From IMG/VR virus record IMGVR_UViG_3300008113_000068: a DNA stretch of 64,000 nt. One strand, written 5' to 3'. This document shows positions 57,959 through 64,000 of the stretch, piece by piece. Each line of letters opens with the position of its first letter. Position 1 is the stretch's first letter. Origin of the DNA: an uncultured virus (IMG/VR IMGVR_UViG_3300008113_000068). Its lineage: Duplodnaviria; Heunggongvirae; Uroviricota; Caudoviricetes. Made by a program: the position numbers and the translations under genes. The notes below the pieces were generated by a model. That model was not told the origin of the DNA. It saw nothing but the letters and a program-made list of their open reading frames with translations, and ran no database searches.

Positions 57959-58012
57959 CTTTATTAATTTTTTTCAAATATAATTGTTTTTTGTATAAAC
58001 GTACAATTTTTT

Positions 58013-58279
58013 TTAAATATTTTTTTCATCAGGTTGTTTATGAATAAATACCTCCTCAACTGGTCGTTTCAAGACAGTAGATATTTTGATTGCGATAGGC
58101 AATGAAATACTTCTTCTCTGACCATTAATGATTCGAGATAAATGTGCTGCATTACCATCAAGTGCTAAATCTGCTAATTCTTGCTGAGACATTCCTATTT
58201 CGTTTAAAATAATTCTAATTCTGTTGCTGTGTAATTTCTCTTTTGGTTTTTTGACTTTTACTACTTTCTCCTCTTCCAT
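58013..58279 (-). CDS. XRE-family HTH regulator
   Basis: MSQQELAD...LSRIING...SLPIAIKIS.VL. Confidence 0.85.
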   Translation of the reverse strand: MEEEKVVKVKKPKEKLHSNRIRIILNEIGMSQQELADLALDGNAAHLSRIINGQRRSISLPIAIKISTVLKRPVEEVFIHKQPDEKNI

Positions 58280-58282
58280 AAC

Positions 58283-58900
58283 TTATTTTTTATCGGTGTT
58301 TAAATTTAATGTGTGATTTTCTGTGTTTTTACCATCATTTACTTTTTGTTCTAAAATATAAAATCCGGTGTTTTCATGCATACGTATTTCTAATTTGTCT
58401 TGTACTAATTCCATAAAATCATGTAACTCATCTGCGTTGAAACCAGAAAGCATGATTCCTTTGTTTCCTTTTACTTTGATTGACATATAGTCATTGAAAT
58501 CAACATAGTAAAATTCTTCATCTATTTCGATATTCTTTTTTAACGCGTTTGATTTTAACTTGATTGTTTTATTCAATCGAGTTACATCCATTTTAACTTG
58601 CTTATCACAATCCATTAGGTTTACAATTGTTCTACATGCATGTAAAACAGTCGCGTGGTCTTTTTTCCCAAATAGTTCACCTATTGCACTCAAACTGTAA
58701 TTTGTATGTGTTTTTATTAATTGCATCGCAACTTGTCTTGGAAAACATATTTCTCGTTTTCGCGTTTTCATTTTCAAAAAATGCTCTTCAATATTATAAT
58801 ACTTACAAGTTAGCTTGATGATGTAATCTGCTAACCGTATATTATGCGTTGAATTAGAAAGCATAATCATCTCAGCAACGCTATTTCTATTCTTTTTCAT
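58283..58900 (-). CDS. DnaA C-terminal domain protein
   Basis: RKREICFPRQVAM...SLSAIGELFGKKDHATVLHA. Confidence 0.85.
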   Translation of the reverse strand: MKKNRNSVAEMIMLSNSTHNIRLADYIIKLTCKYYNIEEHFLKMKTRKREICFPRQVAMQLIKTHTNYSLSAIGELFGKKDHATVLHACRTIVNLMDCDKQVKMDVTRLNKTIKLKSNALKKNIEIDEEFYYVDFNDYMSIKVKGNKGIMLSGFNADELHDFMELVQDKLEIRMHENTGFYILEQKVNDGKNTENHTLNLNTDKK

Positions 58901-58902
58901 TT

Positions 58903-60387
58903 TTAAAATGGTGTTTCGGTTTCTAATGATGGACTAAAAAAATCTTCATTAGGTCTGATAGCTTTTGTTTCAGATTCAAATTCATCTTGTTGCACAAATG
59001 TACGATTATTATCTTCTTGTGCAAAAGGTTTTGAGGAGCCAAATGAATGATTTGTTAATTTAGTTTGCTCATGTAGGAATGTTAATGGTATTTCACCTAA
59101 TTCACCATTTCTATGTTTTGCAATAATCAACATAAATAAACCTTCTGTTTGAAATTGATTACTTCCTATTTCATATTGTTCTATTCCATAATATTCTGGT
59201 CTATAACAAAACAATACCATATCGGCATCCTGTTCTATTTGTCCTGATTCACGTAAATCCTGTAACATTGGTTTTTTATCACCGCGCATTTCAACACCAC
59301 GACTTAATTGTGATAATGCAATAACAGGTAAATTCAATTCCTTTGCAAGTGATTTTAATCCACGACTAATTTCTGCAATTTCTTGTTCGCGACTTGTTGT
59401 TCTAACTCCCGACCTCATTAATTGTAAATAATCAATTACGATTAATTGAATGTTTGATTCCTTCTTTAACTTTCTTGCTTTACCTTTTAATTCAAGAAGT
59501 GAAATGTTTGGTGTATCATCAATGAAAATAGGTGTTTGTTTTAAATCACCTGCTTTCGTTGTTATTTGAACTATTTCATTTTCTGCTAATTGTTTCTTTA
59601 CAATTTTTGAAACGTTAACTCCTGATAGGAATGATTGCATCCTAGAAACTAATTGCTCATTTGACATCTCAAGTGAAAATATCGCAATAGGCATTTGTAA
59701 TTCCATTGCAGGATGAATACACATTGATATTGCTGCTGCTGTTTTTCCCATTGATGGTCGTCCGGCAAGAATAATTAAATCTGAATTTTGCCAACCATTC
59801 GTGACATTGTCTAATAAATGTAAACCTGTTGGTACACCTGATTTTTGTTTCGTCTTTAATATCTCAATGCTTTTAGCAATTATTTCATCATGAACTGCAC
59901 CTACATTTTTTATTTCATAATTAACTACTTTCTTTAACGCATCATCTAAATCGGTTTGTGTTTCATTAAATAGTTCAAATACATCTTGTGATTCATCAAA
60001 TGACTTTTGTAATGCATTACTTCCAATAGTAATTAAATTACGTCTTAATGCCTCTTCTTGTAAAATGCGAATATGATGTTCAATGTTTGACGTTGAGCCA
60101 ATCTTTGATGTTAAATCAGAAATGAATAACGCTCCTCCTGCTTTTTCTAAATCATTATTGCGTTGTAATTCTTTTATAATTGTAACTAAATCAATTGAAA
60201 CATTCTTTTTGTAAAGGTCAATAATTGCCTTTGCAATAACCTTGTTTTTCTCCTCGTAGAATAGATTAATTGAAAATTCTGATATAATCCTATCAATGAC
60301 TGTACTATCAATTAAAATCGAACCCAATACAACTTCCTCTATCCCCGATGCTTTTAATTCTAATTCATCATTGTTTCTTTTTTTCAT
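58903..60387 (-). CDS. dnaB: Replicative DNA helicase
   Basis: GRPSMGKT, SLEM, VIDYLQL, LSQLSR, LRESGQIEQDAD and KHRNG. Confidence 0.97.
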   Translation of the reverse strand: MKKRNNDELELKASGIEEVVLGSILIDSTVIDRIISEFSINLFYEEKNKVIAKAIIDLYKKNVSIDLVTIIKELQRNNDLEKAGGALFISDLTSKIGSTSNIEHHIRILQEEALRRNLITIGSNALQKSFDESQDVFELFNETQTDLDDALKKVVNYEIKNVGAVHDEIIAKSIEILKTKQKSGVPTGLHLLDNVTNGWQNSDLIILAGRPSMGKTAAAISMCIHPAMELQMPIAIFSLEMSNEQLVSRMQSFLSGVNVSKIVKKQLAENEIVQITTKAGDLKQTPIFIDDTPNISLLELKGKARKLKKESNIQLIVIDYLQLMRSGVRTTSREQEIAEISRGLKSLAKELNLPVIALSQLSRGVEMRGDKKPMLQDLRESGQIEQDADMVLFCYRPEYYGIEQYEIGSNQFQTEGLFMLIIAKHRNGELGEIPLTFLHEQTKLTNHSFGSSKPFAQEDNNRTFVQQDEFESETKAIRPNEDFFSPSLETETPF

Positions 60388-61007
60388 AACCCTAATATTT
60401 TCCCTTTCGATTTTACTGTTTCTCCAACTAATGTAACTTTCGCAATATTATTAGGAACCCAATAAATAAAATGCTTCGCACATTCACCAGCATCTACATA
60501 AACTGTACTTACTGCCATTTGCTCTTTTATGAATAATTCAATCATATTCAATATTTGATTCTTAGTCATCCTTTGTTTCATTCCTATTAAATCAATCAAA
60601 CTTTGATTCTCTTGTAATTCCTTTTGAAATTGTTCTGGTGTTTTTTTTAAGTTAATGACATTAGTTTGTTCTCTGTTTAATAAACTCCTATCAATCAATT
60701 GCCCCCACATGTTGTTAAAAGTAATTCTATTCAAAGAAATAGTTACAATTTTTGCATGGTGTAGTTCAACGAAATTCGATTCCCATTTTGGATAGTTCGG
60801 AATTTCTGAAATAAACATTTCAAAAGACATTGCATTTTCATCCAATGAGTCTTTTCCTTTGAAGTGTTTGATGAGGCAATTGATATAAAGAGATTTAGTC
60901 ATTGAAGATATTTTGCAATCTTTCTTTGCATCAAATATCTGTTCAATCACATCAAGTGTAATTAATGAAAGCATGTTTCTCATTACACACCTGTTTTCTG
61001 ATTCCAA
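60384..61007 (-). CDS. Putative replication initiator or helicase loader
   Basis: Overlaps the dnaB start; assignment from position only. Confidence 0.45.
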   Translation of the reverse strand: MESENRCVMRNMLSLITLDVIEQIFDAKKDCKISSMTKSLYINCLIKHFKGKDSLDENAMSFEMFISEIPNYPKWESNFVELHHAKIVTISLNRITFNNMWGQLIDRSLLNREQTNVINLKKTPEQFQKELQENQSLIDLIGMKQRMTKNQILNMIELFIKEQMAVSTVYVDAGECAKHFIYWVPNNIAKVTLVGETVKSKGKILGL

Positions 61008-61699
61008 ATAACTACATGTAAACGTTCTGAGTATCTCAGTTGGTTTTTACGACATAACTCAGCAACCAACAATCTTGTGCGTAATAATTCTTCTTGTGAT
61101 GAACCTGCTGGCATCAAAACAACTTGGTCCATTAAAATGTGATGTCCATAATCATCAATCACTTCATCAAAATCTGATTCTTTTTCAATAACAAATTTGA
61201 AAATAGTGCTTGACAATTGATTTTTAAATAAATTCAATGCATTGGGATTTATTCTAACCTTTTTTGTATTCTGTTCACCTGCGTTTGATAGTTTAGGTGA
61301 TACGTTCCAATAATCAACCCATCCTAACATATCTTCACTTGGTTCTATAGTTGCATTTGTTTCAATTTCAATGATTGGATATACTCTGTATTTTTCGAAA
61401 AAGTAATTAAAAAATTCAACAATCATCTTTTGATGTATTAAAGGTTCTCCACCTGTAACAACCAAATGAACTTTGTGCTTTAAAAGTAACTTCTCATACT
61501 CCTCACCTAATACTTCTTCAAATGGTAATGCTTTTGATTTACGCCATACCTCAATCGTATCGCAAATCCATGATTCTGATTGGCAGAGGATATTGCATCC
61601 ACCTAATCGTAAAAATACAGCAGGTATTCCCATCGTTTGGCCTTCGCCTTGAATAGAATAAAATACTTCTGATACGGGTAATTTTTTTACAGTGCTCAT
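60983..61699 (-). CDS. queE: 7-carboxy-7-deazaguanine synthase (radical SAM)
   Basis: EVFYSIQGEG, FLRLGGCNILC...CDT, TGGEP, IETN and VSPKL. Confidence 0.92.
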   Translation of the reverse strand: MSTVKKLPVSEVFYSIQGEGQTMGIPAVFLRLGGCNILCQSESWICDTIEVWRKSKALPFEEVLGEEYEKLLLKHKVHLVVTGGEPLIHQKMIVEFFNYFFEKYRVYPIIEIETNATIEPSEDMLGWVDYWNVSPKLSNAGEQNTKKVRINPNALNLFKNQLSSTIFKFVIEKESDFDEVIDDYGHHILMDQVVLMPAGSSQEELLRTRLLVAELCRKNQLRYSERLHVVIWNQKTGV

Positions 61700-62754
61700 A
61701 ATTCGTAAATGTCTTTAAGTTTTTCAATTATTTTATCTGGTGTGATTCGGTAAGGAACTTGCCATTCACTTATGAAAGTAAAATCTTTAATTCCTACATT
61801 GTCTTGAATTTCTTCAAGGTTCATTTTTTCCTCTACAATTTTTGTATCGGGATACTTTGTTGTTAAATATGCCTTTGATAGAATTTTACATGCGTTTACA
61901 ATTTGTTCCGCATCTTCATATATCCAAAGTATGTTGTCAATTAATTTAAAAGCGGTGATTGAATCTTCCTGTTCTTCATTTACTTCCTCAGGTGGCGTAC
62001 CAAACAAGATATCTAATTCAATTTCTTTTTCTGCCATATCGAATGGTTCAACATAAGGTTGTATTGTTTGTTCGACATTACCATTTAATTCAAAAAATAA
62101 ATCAGACATTCCTATAACTTTTTCCTCTTCAACAGGTATATCAGTTATTTTGTCTAAGTCAGTTGGGAATACAAAATCTTCTTTTACTTCTAATGTTTGT
62201 TCGATTTGCATTTCTAAAACTTCCTCTTGCCATTGTTGTAATGGCTCTTCTTCTTCTTCGATAATATCAAACATTGAAATTTGTCCTTCGATTTGTTTGT
62301 TTTGTTCAAACGCATCCCAATCAAATTCAGTCATAGAAATCATCTTCTTTGCCTGGCGAACATCGTATGGTAGGTAGTTGCAAATTTCTTCAAGTTTGTG
62401 TGTGTCTGAAATTTGTTTCAACATCTCGCCAATGAATACGTAATTGGTCAAAAAATAATCTCTTGAAATTTCAATTCTAACTAAGTTTTTTTGTTCATCC
62501 GATAAAATACCCATGTTAATACCCAAAACCTCATCAAAACCCAATTCTTTTAGCGCTTTGCATATTTTTGAACCTTCTAAACATTCGTAACCTGTTTCAG
62601 TTTCACAAACAACCACGTTTTTCAATTGTCCACGTAATTGAATTGACTTTTTCATCTTTTCAAATAACAAAGAATCGTTTTCTTTAATGTTGCGTTCTGA
62701 AAACTGAATGTCTGCAATTTTTAAATATTCCACTCTATTCCCCTGCTTCTCCAT
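61696..62754 (-). CDS. ParB-like N-terminal domain protein with an acidic tail
   Basis: MKKSIQLRGQL.NVVV...YECLEG..I.KALKELG; the DGxHR motif is degenerate. Confidence 0.6.
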   Translation of the reverse strand: MEKQGNRVEYLKIADIQFSERNIKENDSLLFEKMKKSIQLRGQLKNVVVCETETGYECLEGSKICKALKELGFDEVLGINMGILSDEQKNLVRIEISRDYFLTNYVFIGEMLKQISDTHKLEEICNYLPYDVRQAKKMISMTEFDWDAFEQNKQIEGQISMFDIIEEEEEPLQQWQEEVLEMQIEQTLEVKEDFVFPTDLDKITDIPVEEEKVIGMSDLFFELNGNVEQTIQPYVEPFDMAEKEIELDILFGTPPEEVNEEQEDSITAFKLIDNILWIYEDAEQIVNACKILSKAYLTTKYPDTKIVEEKMNLEEIQDNVGIKDFTFISEWQVPYRITPDKIIEKLKDIYEL

Positions 62755-63545
62755 AATTCAGTTATGTATTTTTCTAAGTTAATGTAATATTGCAATGCTT
62801 CATGAAAATCAGTTGTTGGGTCGTAGTACAAAAGATTATTTCGTGTAAGATTTTTCTTTGGTATTTTTTCAAGTTCATGATAATCAAACAACTCACCAAA
62901 CCTACCTACATTAATCCACGAACTGCTATCAGCTGAATAACATGGGAATTTTTCAAGTGAATCTTTTGCAGTCAATCCCAATACATGCGTTCTAACCGTA
63001 TCTTTTACTTGATTGAATACTTCGCCTAACCACTTGTTGCGACTTTCAACAGATTGGTCATTTGCGGGTGAAATACCAATGTAATTTAAGTCATTACATT
63101 CCTTGGTAATCAAGTCAAGGTATTTTAAATCCTCAAACTGGTGAAACGTGTGAATGGTTGAATGCCCTTTCGATTTTATGTAATGGTAATTTTCAATACC
63201 TTTTTCACATGCAGTTACAATTTGTGTTTTTGTTGGTTTTGTTCCTTTAATATGTGGAATAACGTCTAAGTTGATAAAGTAAATATCATGTATGGTATTT
63301 ATCTTCTTCACCTTATCAATAAATTCGACATAATGGTCAATATCAATTTTCAAACCCCTGTTCCATGCTGAAAAGGCGCCCGAGTCAATTAATATCAAAA
63401 ATTTCTTGTGTGTGTATGTTGCTAAATGTTCAACTTGATTAATTACTTTCTTGTCCTCGTATGAGAATAGATAGCTTGTAGCACCATGTGCCACAAGCCA
63501 ATCTAATAACTCATTCTTTTTTACAGCAGAAAAGATTATTCTCAT
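62721..63545 (-). CDS. TGT-fold transglycosylase (DpdA-like 7-deazaguanine insertion enzyme candidate)
   Basis: LIDSGAFS, NLDVIP, HVLGLT and YSADSSSW; lies between queF and queE. Confidence 0.75.
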   Translation of the reverse strand: MRIIFSAVKKNELLDWLVAHGATSYLFSYEDKKVINQVEHLATYTHKKFLILIDSGAFSAWNRGLKIDIDHYVEFIDKVKKINTIHDIYFINLDVIPHIKGTKPTKTQIVTACEKGIENYHYIKSKGHSTIHTFHQFEDLKYLDLITKECNDLNYIGISPANDQSVESRNKWLGEVFNQVKDTVRTHVLGLTAKDSLEKFPCYSADSSSWINVGRFGELFDYHELEKIPKKNLTRNNLLYYDPTTDFHEALQYYINLEKYITELWRSRGIEWNI

Positions 63546-63982
63546 TTCTCAATTGAAAATGATTGTAACCCACCTTCAGTACATGTTACATCAATACCAC
63601 CACGTGTGTTGTACTTCGTAATAACAGTTACATTATCATGACCAAGAACTTTACATAAATCTTTGTACATGCGATAAGTTACACCTTCTTGATAAATACC
63701 TACGTTTCTGTATGAAAGGAAATAGTATTTCAATGCTTTCAATTCTAACGCAACATTTGTTGATGGGTAATACTTAATGATGATTCTTGCGATGTCTGGT
63801 AATCCCGAAAATGGACACACTGCTGAAAACTCATGTGTATCAATTTCGATTAACTGATTTTTTGATGGAAATTCAAAGGTGATTAATTCCTCTGTGCGAA
63901 TTGCATCTTCTGTTTGAAAAGCCAAAACTTTTCCTTCTGCCACTTGACCTACTTTCGGGTCGATACTACTTACTGGATCCAT
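63542..63982 (-). CDS. queF: preQ0 reductase (type I)
   Basis: EFSAVCPFSGLPD, QueF motif ELKALKYY, YQE and RGGI. Confidence 0.9.
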   Translation of the reverse strand: MDPVSSIDPKVGQVAEGKVLAFQTEDAIRTEELITFEFPSKNQLIEIDTHEFSAVCPFSGLPDIARIIIKYYPSTNVALELKALKYYFLSYRNVGIYQEGVTYRMYKDLCKVLGHDNVTVITKYNTRGGIDVTCTEGGLQSFSIEK

Positions 63983-64000
63983 TATATTTGTTTTTATTGG

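Larger units (their letters stand above)
1..64000. mobile_element. Segment of a large dsDNA bacterial virus genome, probably tail-less and membrane-containing, with a Bacteroidota host
   Basis: Dense co-oriented genes. Lysis, virion, packaging, replication and DNA-modification modules are present, with no housekeeping operons, rRNA or tRNA. Confidence 0.9.

Noticed and set aside
1..64000. Stop-codon reassignment
   Set aside because: Long genes are intact in the standard code, and TAA, TAG and TGA all end genes at tight junctions.
1..64000. tRNA, rRNA, integrase or att sites
   Set aside because: None recognisable by eye, and the intergenic gaps are short and AT-rich; a tRNAscan run would be needed to exclude tRNAs formally.

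Overview
AT-rich, gene-dense 64 kb segment of a dsDNA virus in the standard genetic code, almost all on the minus strand. The host is probably Bacteroidota (TAnnTTTG promoter boxes, A-rich start regions without Shine-Dalgarno). Left to right it holds: small early-type genes joined by a 21-bp junction repeat; a phosphoesterase and a SOD; a lysis cassette; a sulfotransferase and glycosyltransferase beside two very long Gly/Cys-rich repeat fibre genes; a 12 kb block of about 17 small membrane-anchored proteins with two mutually homologous beta-rich capsid candidates and an HExxH metalloprotease; glycosyltransferases, a minimal topoisomerase IB and an A32/FtsK-HerA-type packaging ATPase; two mosaic polyvalent proteins around a MoxR-type AAA+ module; an SLT; RusA, a RecE-like nuclease and DnaB; and the start of a 7-deazaguanine module (QueF, TGT-like, ParB-like, QueE). 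I recognise no terminase, portal, HK97 capsid or tail genes in this window. Main inference: a large tail-less, internal-membrane (Varidnaviria-like, probably single-jelly-roll) bacterial virus. It carries two recurring peptide signals, [FY]-S-N-A-[DE]-G in the virion membrane and capsid proteins and [MFYL]-x-x-G-G in the polyproteins, which look like maturation-cleavage or sorting tags. All assignments are by eye from motifs; no database searches were run.
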